Source: a virus (lineage: Duplodnaviria > Caudoviricetes). From it: a stretch of 50,059 nt of DNA. Made by a program: the position numbers and the translations under genes. Each line of letters begins with the position of its first letter. Position 1 is the first letter of the stretch. The notes under the pieces were generated by a model. That model saw only the letters and a program-made list of their open reading frames with translations, was not told the DNA's origin and searched no databases. Positions 36,220 to 44,627 of this stretch are shown here, piece by piece. Where the stretch lies: positions 1-50,059 of IMG/VR virus record IMGVR_UViG_3300027879_000002; one strand, written 5' to 3'.

Positions 36220-37241
36220 AGTTCGTCAACCTTCATCACCACAGCACCTTTAGCTTTGGTGACGGGTTCGGTACCCCGGCTCAGCACGTAGCCCGCGCGG
36301 CTGAGCTGGGGTACACGGCTATCGCCCTGACCGAGCATGGCAATGTCAGCTCGCACTTCCAGCTGGAGAAGTCTGCGCTAAAGGCAGGCGTAAAGCCCAT
36401 CTTCGGTCTGGAGGCATATTGCGGCCCCGTGGAAGAGAACGCCAGGCAGCAGTTCAAGAACCACCTAACGATCCTGGCCGAGAACCTGGATGGGTATCGC
36501 GGACTGAATAGGATAGTCACGCAGTCCTACCTCGATTACTACCACCACCCCACAGTTTCCGGAAGAAGCCTCTCAGACAACAAGTCTGGATTGATCACTC
36601 TATCGGGATGCTCAGGCTCTCTTCTGGCCTGTACCCTCCTCGGGGGGAAGGGCATCCCCGAGCCCACCTCTAGGTCAGAGAAAGTTCAGTACTTCAGCAA
36701 TGCCATGGAAGTAGCGGCAAAGTTCCAGCGTGCGTTCGGCAAAAGCTACTTCCTAGAGGTACAGCATTTCCACGAGCTTGAGAAAACGATGTATATTAAC
36801 ATGGCATACGCGAGGATTGGACGGGAGCTTGGAATCCCCCTTGTGGTCACCGGGGACGTTCACTATCCCAATCCGGACGAAGGCGAGATGCAGGCTGTAC
36901 TCCACGCCGTACATCGCGGGCATCACTCTGTAGATGACGCCATGAGAAAGTGGAACTACGAAGTGCCAATGACACTTCCAGAGTCAGACGACGCATTGCT
37001 GAACAGGCTACTCCTTACCGGACTTTCATTCGAAGAGGCTTTCGATGCCATAGAAACCAGCTCTAGGATAGCCGAGCGCTGCAATGTAACGCTACCGAAA
37101 GCGGAGCGTCTCGAGTATCCTATCAGCAAGGAGGACCACGAGCCATGGACGAAGAGCTTACGGATAGGCTTACGAAGCTGGACAAGTTCCTGGAAGTCGC
37201 TAATAAATCCGAATTCATCAGGAGTCTTCTCTGGTCCATGA
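36216..37241 (+). CDS. dnaE: DnaE-like polymerase, PHP-domain subunit
   Basis: LHHHSTFSFGDG, ALTEHG, KPIFGLEAY, HLTILA, TGDVHY. Confidence 0.9.
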   Translation: MKFVNLHHHSTFSFGDGFGTPAQHVARAAELGYTAIALTEHGNVSSHFQLEKSALKAGVKPIFGLEAYCGPVEENARQQFKNHLTILAENLDGYRGLNRIVTQSYLDYYHHPTVSGRSLSDNKSGLITLSGCSGSLLACTLLGGKGIPEPTSRSEKVQYFSNAMEVAAKFQRAFGKSYFLEVQHFHELEKTMYINMAYARIGRELGIPLVVTGDVHYPNPDEGEMQAVLHAVHRGHHSVDDAMRKWNYEVPMTLPESDDALLNRLLLTGLSFEEAFDAIETSSRIAERCNVTLPKAERLEYPISKEDHEPWTKSLRIGLRSWTSSWKSLINPNSSGVFSGP

Positions 37242-37396
37242 TGCTTCTTGATGCTGAGAGTGTTCTGCACATCACCGACCCCAACGAGCTAGGCCCGGCC
37301 ACCTATCTGCATGACAAGGCACTGGGGCTCCTTCGGGATCAGGGTTTCAGTGAATCTCAGATAATTGCCATTATCGATTCAAGGCCGTCTATATGA
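37145..37396 (+). CDS. 83-aa hypothetical protein inserted between the DnaE halves
   Basis: AAGGAGG RBS; ATGA-coupled to the catalytic subunit. Confidence 0.7.
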   Translation: MDEELTDRLTKLDKFLEVANKSEFIRSLLWSMMLLDAESVLHITDPNELGPATYLHDKALGLLRDQGFSESQIIAIIDSRPSI

Positions 37397-39633
37397 ACTC
37401 AGAAGAGCTTCTTGTCCAGTGGTGCCGGTTTGGATGGAAGTACAGGGGAATAGGCAAGAGGCCGCAGGCTGAGCAAGACTGGTATGCCGAGCGTGTGCGG
37501 TACGAGCTCAGCCTGATGCTAGAGAAAAAGCTAGCAGACTTCATGCTGTTCACGAGCGACGCGATCAGATGGGCAAAGGACAATGGCATCCCTATCGGGC
37601 CAGGACGCGGATCGACTGCTGCAAGCGTTGTCGCCTGGCTCCTGCGAATCACTGAGATTGACCCATACCGATATCAGGGAATGCTCTTCGAGCGGTTCCT
37701 CGATGTTTCCCGTGCTGACCCTCCGGATATTGACATTGACTGCTCAGACGAGCGACGGGGAGACGTTCGTGATTACCTGGCAGCTAAGTACGGAGCAGAA
37801 TGCGTCGGGCAGATAGCCAACTTCACCCGCTATCGTGCCAAGAACGCTCTAGTCGACATAGCTAGGGTGTACAACATTCCGATAGCAGCCAAAGAGCAGG
37901 TAGCTAGCCTGATTATAGAGCGATCTGGCGGAGACTCTAGATTCGATAGCAGCCTGAGAGATACGGTTGAGATGTTTCCAGATGCCCGGGCCATATTTGA
38001 TCGATACCCTGACTTCTGGAAGGCAACGAAGCTAGAGGGCAATGTGCGTGGCATGGGGGTTCATGCAGCCGGGCTGATTGTAGCCAACTCCCCACTCACC
38101 GACATATGCGCCGTATACGAGCGAGAAGGCGTCCGCGTCCTAAGCATTGACAAGTACGACATCGAGTATGTTGATGCCCTGAAGCTAGACTTCCTCGGGC
38201 TCAGCACAATGGGGATGATAGCTCGCTGTCTCGAGATGGCGGGGCTGACGCTGGAGGACCTGTATGCGATTCCGGACACGGACCCCGATACGATCGAGAT
38301 ATTTCGTCGTGGCGACGTCACCGGCGTATTTCAGTTCGAAGGAAGGGCCACTCGTCTCGTCAACAGAGATGTTGTACCTGAGCATTTCGCTCACATCGCG
38401 GACATCAACGCGCTATCTAGACCTGGTCCGCTATTCTCCGGCCAGACTGCCGAATATGTCGAAGTGCGACATGGTCGATCTAGGGCCGAATCGCTGCACC
38501 CGATGGTGGACGATATCACTAAGGACACTTACGGGCAGATCATCTACCAGGAACAGATTCTGCGTATCCTTCGAGATATGGGGGGATTTGACTGGTTCTC
38601 GGTTGGCCAGATCAGAAGGATCATATCCAAGAAGCTAGGCGAGGCCGCCTTCCAGATGAGCTACAATCAGTTCGCTGATGGCTCTGAGCGCTTCGGGGTG
38701 AGTCGAGAGCTAAGCCTCAAGATCTGGAAGCGTCTGGTTACCTCTGGAACCTATAGCTTCAACATAGCTCATGCCATCAGCTACAGCATGATAGCCTTCT
38801 GGACAGCCTGGCTCAAGGCGCATTACCCCAGGGAGTTCTACGCGGCCTCTCTCGCGAAGGCTGACGAGGAGCAGCAATTCAGGCTGATGCGTGATGCGCT
38901 AGCGCATGACGTACAGATAGTCCCACCCATACTAAACGCTAGTCGTAGTAACTGGCGACCCGTACAGAGCCTAGGGATCGTAGCAGGATGGCAGCAGATA
39001 CCGGGTATAGGAGAGAGCAAGGCCAGAAGGATCGACGAGCTTCGCGCCCTCGGAAGGTTCGGAAGCTGGGCTGACCTGGAGAAGATCCCAGGTATCGGCC
39101 CTAAGACAGTAAGCAAGATGGAGACATTCTCCACCTCGCACGACCCCTTTGGATTGCAGCGTACCGCGAGGACGATGGAGCGAGCGCTGGCCTGGATCCG
39201 GACCCAGGATCGAGTTCCGCTTCCGACACACAACGGAGCAGAGGTTGCAGCAATCCAGGTAAAGGAGAGATACGGAGCGGCAGCACAGAAGAACTATGGC
39301 AAGGGTCCCAGGGTCATATATGCAGGCATCATCAAGACCCGGAACTATCAGGATGCCGTTGAGAACCGTCGGTCACGTACCGGAGAAGAAGCTGAGGATA
39401 TCCTCAGGACGCTGAAGCGGCCGGATCTTCTGGAGTACTGCTCTCTTAGATGCTACGACACAACGGACGAAGAGGTATACATTCGCGTGAATCGATTTCT
39501 ATTCCCCCGGCTCCGCGCTATTATTCAGTCAATAGCCGTAGAGCACGACGTAGTTGTTTGCGTTGGGAATCGGATAGCTGGCTTCGGAACCCCCGTGATG
39601 GCAGAGAAGCTGTACGTTATAGATCCGGACTGA
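37393..39633 (+). CDS. dnaE: DnaE-like DNA polymerase III alpha, catalytic subunit
   Basis: GPGRGS, FERFL...PDIDID, HAAG, KLDFLGL, GVFQFE, YQEQ, YSFNIAHA. Confidence 0.95.
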   Translation: MNSEELLVQWCRFGWKYRGIGKRPQAEQDWYAERVRYELSLMLEKKLADFMLFTSDAIRWAKDNGIPIGPGRGSTAASVVAWLLRITEIDPYRYQGMLFERFLDVSRADPPDIDIDCSDERRGDVRDYLAAKYGAECVGQIANFTRYRAKNALVDIARVYNIPIAAKEQVASLIIERSGGDSRFDSSLRDTVEMFPDARAIFDRYPDFWKATKLEGNVRGMGVHAAGLIVANSPLTDICAVYEREGVRVLSIDKYDIEYVDALKLDFLGLSTMGMIARCLEMAGLTLEDLYAIPDTDPDTIEIFRRGDVTGVFQFEGRATRLVNRDVVPEHFAHIADINALSRPGPLFSGQTAEYVEVRHGRSRAESLHPMVDDITKDTYGQIIYQEQILRILRDMGGFDWFSVGQIRRIISKKLGEAAFQMSYNQFADGSERFGVSRELSLKIWKRLVTSGTYSFNIAHAISYSMIAFWTAWLKAHYPREFYAASLAKADEEQQFRLMRDALAHDVQIVPPILNASRSNWRPVQSLGIVAGWQQIPGIGESKARRIDELRALGRFGSWADLEKIPGIGPKTVSKMETFSTSHDPFGLQRTARTMERALAWIRTQDRVPLPTHNGAEVAAIQVKERYGAAAQKNYGKGPRVIYAGIIKTRNYQDAVENRRSRTGEEAEDILRTLKRPDLLEYCSLRCYDTTDEEVYIRVNRFLFPRLRAIIQSIAVEHDVVVCVGNRIAGFGTPVMAEKLYVIDPD

Positions 39634-39726
39634 AAGCCCCAGGGAAATTCGGGGACAGGCCCCCGCGAGACCCCGATGTACGCGACCCCGAAGTTATTGC
39701 GCAGATTCCTGGAATCGTGGTGGTGA

Positions 39727-40104
39727 TTGGAATTGAGTGACCCCAGAGAATTCCTGTTCGATGATAGGCCTCCGACAGGAGAGCCCCCTATACCCCACAA
39801 GCCTATCCGCACAGCTGAGCCCGGTCAATGCCGCTGCATTCGATTCGGCCAGGCCTGTCTGAACAAGGCGGACCAGGAGGATATGCTGTGCTCGACTTGC
39901 AGGCCTGCCTGCTATAAGTCCAGAAAGGAGGCTGACTGCTTCAGGGATTGCTACGGGCCTAGATGCAACTACGCAACGCATGGTGGCCTAGGAGGGATTT
40001 TCTCTAGGAAAGCTACAGGGAACGTTCTTCGGGAACAGATGGAAGTCACAAGGAGCGCCCTCTGGGAACAGATGGACGCCCTCCGGGAACAGATGGATGA
40101 GTAA
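39727..40104 (+). CDS. Cys-rich hypothetical protein
   Basis: C-terminal (R/W)EQM repeats (GGGAACAGATGGA x3); start uncertain. Confidence 0.55.
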   Translation: MELSDPREFLFDDRPPTGEPPIPHKPIRTAEPGQCRCIRFGQACLNKADQEDMLCSTCRPACYKSRKEADCFRDCYGPRCNYATHGGLGGIFSRKATGNVLREQMEVTRSALWEQMDALREQMDE

Positions 40105-40300
40105 CGTCACCACGGTTGTATCCGCCGATAGCATGGACGAGAATTCATTCCTTCTTCATCTAGCTGGCCGCCACCCCGGCTCACTTGCCGGTAAGCTGCC
40201 AAGGTTCGCCTCAGATTACCTCTGGGATTGCTATCTAGCCTATCACCGACAGCTTCACCAATTCGGAATCGGCCTACTACACGAGCACGAGGAGAGCTAA
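40097..40300 (+). CDS. small His-rich protein, probable paralog of 32231-32449
   Basis: same His spacing. Confidence 0.7.
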   Translation: MSNVTTVVSADSMDENSFLLHLAGRHPGSLAGKLPRFASDYLWDCYLAYHRQLHQFGIGLLHEHEES

Positions 40301-40872
40301 TGAGCGAGCAACGTCTACCGCCCTCGGGGCACGCCGATCCCTCGGTTGCCATCCTGAGCCAGATACGCTGCTTCGGAATGCGCAAGGCAGTGTGCTGGGA
40401 CAAGGACAGCACCCTGGCCAATACCTCCCATCGGCACTGGATGGTTCGGGACGTTATGGAAGGTCGCCGGACCTGGATCGACTATGCCCTCAACTGCGCA
40501 GCCGATACACCCGTCCATTCAGCCCGAGCCCTGATGCACCTTCTGGCGCCGAGTTCGCTGCAGGTCGTGACCTCTGGCGCTCATTTCGAAGCCATGGTGC
40601 CTGTCGGCAAGTGGATACTGGGGAACCAGTTCCCCGTCGACATGATCCGGCTTCGCAGAGACCAGGAGATGAAGATCGGACCGGCGCAGCTCAAGATCCG
40701 TATGATCGAGGAGCTGAGGGAAGAGGGGTATGAGGTAGTCCTATTCGTCGAGGACAACCTGGCAACTGCAATCGAGATCGAGGAAGTTACCGAAGTTCCG
40801 ACCCTGTGCCTGAACCCCCGGTACTCTCCTCGCTCGCAGGGGATCGTGAAGGAATTCGAAGTCCATATTTAA
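40300..40872 (+). CDS. HAD-superfamily (PNK-phosphatase-like) protein
   Basis: WDKDSTLA motif I, VTSG, K, FVEDN. Confidence 0.8.
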   Translation: MSEQRLPPSGHADPSVAILSQIRCFGMRKAVCWDKDSTLANTSHRHWMVRDVMEGRRTWIDYALNCAADTPVHSARALMHLLAPSSLQVVTSGAHFEAMVPVGKWILGNQFPVDMIRLRRDQEMKIGPAQLKIRMIEELREEGYEVVLFVEDNLATAIEIEEVTEVPTLCLNPRYSPRSQGIVKEFEVHI

Positions 40873-40881
40873 GGAGGGATC

Positions 40882-41172
40882 GTGAGAACCAGAAGGTCGT
40901 TCAAGAGGTACAGGATGGCAAGCTCACTGTGCTGGTGCATGGGGGCTCTCATGCTGCTCGGCCTCGCGGCACATAACGTCAGGGTTGCCATATACGGAGG
41001 CGTGGGGCTGTTCGTTGCCATCGGAGCCCGGCACTACCTTGCCGCAGCTACCTCCCGGATGCACGATCACGAGCACATGGTCAACATCGGCCGGGGAGTG
41101 GTGCGGGAGGGGCTGACGGAAGCTCAGCGGGATGAGCTAGCAAGAATCGTACCAAGGTACCGGAGGAGGTAG
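40882..41172 (+). CDS. two-TM membrane protein
   Basis: AAGGAGG RBS; two hydrophobic segments. Confidence 0.75.
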   Translation: MRTRRSFKRYRMASSLCWCMGALMLLGLAAHNVRVAIYGGVGLFVAIGARHYLAAATSRMHDHEHMVNIGRGVVREGLTEAQRDELARIVPRYRRR

Positions 41173-41460
41173 CGCCAGAAGGGAGTGCGACTAGAATCCT
41201 CCCTAGCGGCCCGGCTCTCGACCCTAGTACCTAGGGCTCGGAAGCCGGGCCGACCCATTCACCGATGGATGGGTCGCAGCCCGGTAGCTCCCTGTCGGCC
41301 GGTGTATCGGGCCAGCGTCATAGCGGCTACCAGGTAACGAATCGATAACTTTCAGCCCTGAAGGTTACGGATCGGTAACTCCCTGGCGTAGCTTCAGAAT
41401 ACTGGCGCACTGTACCGGCCAACGGCCAGCGCAAATGTGCGATCCTTCTAGGTCTGGAGC
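41170..41460 (+). ncRNA. candidate promoter (TAGCGC-N16-TAGAAT) plus structured RNA / long 5' leader
   Basis: consecutive hairpins at about 41207-41252, 41252-41276, 41281-41334 and 41341-41372. Confidence 0.45.
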
Positions 41461-41463
41461 TCG

Positions 41464-42165
41464 ATGGATGGAATCAGCAGGATAGTCCTGGCAGCAGCGA
41501 CGGCAACGTCAGCGCTCGCCCTGATGATGACTATGACCCCCACCCTAAGTGCGGCCCCCGGTGTCACAGACGCCATCAGCAGCAAGCTTGCTCCCGTAGT
41601 TCGCGAGAAGCCTGCCGCTCCTCCCGCCGTATCGGCCGTGAATGTACCGGCTGCACCCCCGCGCTATACCGTTCGCGTGAATGACACGCTATCATCGATC
41701 GCCGGCCGCCTGCTGGGGAGCACCTCGCGCTGGCCGTCGCTCTGGTGGGTGAACCGGAGCAAGGTTACTGACCCCAACAGCCTGTATGTTGGAGAGTCTC
41801 TGGCCCTGCCGCCTTCAGGCCTGAATATTCCCGGCCTGCTACAGAAGGCCCTGGCCGCTATTTCCGGCTACTCCTCGTACTCGCAGGCAGCGCAGGTCAG
41901 CACCGAGCAGGCTGGTGCCCCGGTCAGCACCGGCGGAGCCTTCGAGCAATGCGTCATCCGCGCCGAATCCGGAGGCAATCCCCGCGCCTATAATCCGAGC
42001 ACGGCTAGCGGCCTCTTCGGATTCCTTCTGTCGACCTGGGACAGCCTAGGGCTTGGGTACCCCGGCGGTGCATACACCGCTCCGATATCGGTTCAGGAGG
42101 AAGGCTTCGATATCGAGTACGCCCGAGACGGAACCTCGCCCTGGGCACCGTACGATGGCTGCTAA
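41464..42165 (+). CDS. secreted LysM + lysozyme-like (Rpf-type) transglycosylase
   Basis: signal peptide; YTVRVNDTLSSIA LysM; CVIRAESGGN, GLFGF..STW, Q...G..PW..C. Confidence 0.88.
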   Translation: MDGISRIVLAAATATSALALMMTMTPTLSAAPGVTDAISSKLAPVVREKPAAPPAVSAVNVPAAPPRYTVRVNDTLSSIAGRLLGSTSRWPSLWWVNRSKVTDPNSLYVGESLALPPSGLNIPGLLQKALAAISGYSSYSQAAQVSTEQAGAPVSTGGAFEQCVIRAESGGNPRAYNPSTASGLFGFLLSTWDSLGLGYPGGAYTAPISVQEEGFDIEYARDGTSPWAPYDGC

Positions 42166-42201
42166 CTCTCTACTCTGTACGGGCTCGGAAAGGCTGGAAG
42201 C

Positions 42202-42432
42202 ATGATACTTCACGTTCACCTACTGGTGCTATGGGTGATTCTCGTCCTGGCTTCCATTGGGACTCTGGATCTGATCCTGTGCACCGGAAACATCACCCGA
42301 TTCTTTCGCGATCACTGGAGCGAGTTCTTCTCAGAGCGCAGGCTAGAAAGAGAAGAGCCGCCATCCGATACGGAAGACGGCTCTCTCGATCTCCCGGAAG
42401 AGAGGACCTGGGAGGACCTTACCGGCTACTAG
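42202..42432 (+). CDS. small membrane protein
   Basis: N-terminal TM, acidic tail. Confidence 0.65.
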   Translation: MILHVHLLVLWVILVLASIGTLDLILCTGNITRFFRDHWSEFFSERRLEREEPPSDTEDGSLDLPEERTWEDLTGY

Positions 42433-43175
42433 ACGGCAGGCATCCAGTAGAACATACCAGTGGGCATCCTGGCATTCATGTTGCCGCCGTTGAAGTAGTG
42501 CGTCTGTGCCGGTCCGAATCCGCCGGGTGACATGATGGCGGTCTCGTAGATGACCGACTGCAGGGAGCGCTGGTAAACCTCGCATTCGCTAGCCAGGGAG
42601 TGGATGCCCGAGGCCACGAGGCGGAAGGGCCTGCTGGGCTCGTGAGCGGCTGAGACGTCTGTGAGCCAGCCGGAGTAGAAGATGTCGATGTCGAACGCCG
42701 GCATGCTCTTGTACTGGATGGCCTCGATAGGGAACGGACCGGAAGCGGCCTGAACGGCCGCCACAGCCTCTGTCTCGTTCAGATCCCAGTTGGCTACGAA
42801 CAGGCCCACGCCCTCTGTCACGCCACCGCGTATGAGAGCATTCACTACGGGCGTAACGTTGCTTGCGCTGGTGTAGATCAGGGGCTTGCGCTGCCCGACG
42901 CGCGTTCCGTTGACGAAGTTCGACAGGGCCAGCTGAGCCCAGGTGGCGCAGTCGGGCAGGGTGGCGGCCCCGTTCTCTACGTCCAGGACATCGGCCGTGG
43001 TGTCGGATGCATTTCCGTCCTGGCAGATGCGAACGGCAGTTGGGTGCGCCGCCCAGTCTTCAGGCGTCCAGATGATTGCGGAGGTACCCGTAGTGTACCC
43101 GGCCGCCTGCCCGACCGGGAGAAGATGGACGTTTTCGTGAATGGCGTCGTAGCCGACGGTGATGCTGATCCCCAT
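42429..43175 (-). CDS. endolysin, GH25-like muramidase
   Basis: ATG 43175 with AGGAG RBS; GYD, LDVE, PLIYTS, LFVANW, IQY, DID. Confidence 0.75.
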   Translation of the reverse strand: MGISITVGYDAIHENVHLLPVGQAAGYTTGTSAIIWTPEDWAAHPTAVRICQDGNASDTTADVLDVENGAATLPDCATWAQLALSNFVNGTRVGQRKPLIYTSASNVTPVVNALIRGGVTEGVGLFVANWDLNETEAVAAVQAASGPFPIEAIQYKSMPAFDIDIFYSGWLTDVSAAHEPSRPFRLVASGIHSLASECEVYQRSLQSVIYETAIMSPGGFGPAQTHYFNGGNMNARMPTGMFYWMPAV

Positions 43176-43186
43176 GATCACTCCTA

Positions 43187-43612
43187 TCAGATCCTGATTA
43201 CGGTTGCCGTATAGCACAAGACCCCGGCCGCAATCAGAACGCCGTATGTCTCTGCTATCGCCTTGAACCCCTTCTCTGGGCGAAGCCAGCATACGCCAGC
43301 TCCTAGAGCTATACCGATAACGGAAGCTATCAGCAATGCTGTCGCCCCTCCGGTGATGGCGTACGGTATACACGGGAGGACGCACGCGAGAAGCGTAGCT
43401 GATCCACAGGCTGCTGCCGCCAGAAAGCTACTCTTGCTTTCGCTAGAGAGCCAGAGGGCAGCAGCCATCCCGACAAGCTCACCCAGGCCCGCTGACAACC
43501 CAGCAGAGAAAATGGCGCTCTGGTGAAGTCTCAGCCCGATCAGCTCGGAAAGAGCCAGGGTGAGTCCGTCTGCCGCCCCAAGTACAACGGCCATCCTCTG
43601 TTGCGACTTCAC
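43187..43612 (-). CDS. VIT1/CCC1-like multi-pass membrane protein
   Basis: VVLGAADGL, AGL..G...GMAA..WLS, LP.IPY; about 5 TM. Confidence 0.7.
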   Translation of the reverse strand: MKSQQRMAVVLGAADGLTLALSELIGLRLHQSAIFSAGLSAGLGELVGMAAALWLSSESKSSFLAAAACGSATLLACVLPCIPYAITGGATALLIASVIGIALGAGVCWLRPEKGFKAIAETYGVLIAAGVLCYTATVIRI

Positions 43613-43983
43613 TTGCAATCCAGGTCTGGTGCAAGCTCAGAAAGGATCTTCTGGTTCCGCTGGTCGTACCCCCGGCTCGGGTTTGCGCTCGGATTGCCCG
43701 GAGGAGGCTTGTTGCTCTCCAGTCGGATAAGGGTGCTGCAGAGCTTCTTCTCGAAAACCATGCTCTGCCTTGCCTGAGTAGCGTTGTTGTTGTTGACGGC
43801 GTGGCTAACCCAGAAGATGGCGAAGCAGGAGAGGGATACGGATATGCAGAAGAGGGCCACGACAGCCCTTCCATGTAGCATAGAGAGACCGCGTTCCCCC
43901 TTCTCTCCTCGCTCTCCCCTAGGACCGCGACCCAAGCTCGGGGTCTGGCTCTTGCCACCCCCGTCATGAGGTGGGCTTCTCAC
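43609..43983 (-). CDS. membrane protein with short Gly-X-Y run (lysis cassette)
   Basis: GPRGERGEKGERG, one TM, two distal Cys. Confidence 0.7.
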   Translation of the reverse strand: MRSPPHDGGGKSQTPSLGRGPRGERGEKGERGLSMLHGRAVVALFCISVSLSCFAIFWVSHAVNNNNATQARQSMVFEKKLCSTLIRLESNKPPPGNPSANPSRGYDQRNQKILSELAPDLDCK

Positions 43984-44224
43984 TTGAACCCTCCTGCTGC
44001 TGCGACGATTGAGGTGACTCCTGTTCCGACGACCGCCGCGAGGACGAAGATGCGCCGGGCGGTGACAGCAATGCTCTCACGTTCCCGTACGCGGCCGGAA
44101 CTACTAGCCCCATGGCGAACGCCAGAACGGCGTCGTTGGGGTGTGCCGAATATGCCTCGTGTATCGCTAGGAAGATCCCGGTCCCGGTGAGAAGAACATC
44201 CCGTATCAGCTCCCACGTCTTCAC
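43964..44224 (-). CDS. two-TM membrane protein (holin candidate)
   Basis: RDVLL..TG.FL..HE; polar tail. Confidence 0.7.
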   Translation of the reverse strand: MKTWELIRDVLLTGTGIFLAIHEAYSAHPNDAVLAFAMGLVVPAAYGNVRALLSPPGASSSSRRSSEQESPQSSQQQEGSSEKPTS

Positions 44225-44294
44225 TCAACTCCTTCCTTTGCCCGGATACGGGCGGCCAGGGTCTTGAGCCATCGGTATCCCAGAGCCAGAACTC

Positions 44295-44603
44295 CTAGGT
44301 GCTAGCGGGAGAAGCCGGAGCTTCCCAGGCGGCCGATGTCGTAGCGACGGAAGCCGGATTCTCCACCGTCGGCGACATGGAGCCGTCCGCCGGGTGCTCG
44401 ATGCCCTGCGGCTGCGACTGGAAGTGCGCCACGAGCGCCGACAGGAGCCCTCCGAACGCGGCTGCTACGGCCCCCGGCGCCCCGGCGGCACCGAGCGCCT
44501 CGACGACGGCGTCCTCGAGGGCGGGCTCGTGCGCCTCTGCGTCCGAGATGACGTTCTTGACGGCGGCCAGGGCGTCCTGCTCGAGCTTCCTGAAATCGAT
44601 CAT
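44295..44603 (-). CDS. Ala-rich acidic hypothetical protein
   Basis: AAGGAAGG RBS; GC3 bias. Confidence 0.7.
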   Translation of the reverse strand: MIDFRKLEQDALAAVKNVISDAEAHEPALEDAVVEALGAAGAPGAVAAAFGGLLSALVAHFQSQPQGIEHPADGSMSPTVENPASVATTSAAWEAPASPAST

Positions 44604-44627
44604 CGAATTCCCTTCCTTCTGAGAGGC

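Noticed and set aside
37145-37392. Intein, intron or homing endonuclease splitting dnaE
   Set aside because: No intein terminal residues, no LAGLIDADG/HNH/GIY-YIG motif, and removing the segment yields a stop codon rather than a fused frame.
41200-41460. c-di-AMP (ydaO) riboswitch ahead of the Rpf-like gene
   Set aside because: The conserved GCUGAAUC, GGGGUGAAU and GUCAGCUAAC-type segments are not present.
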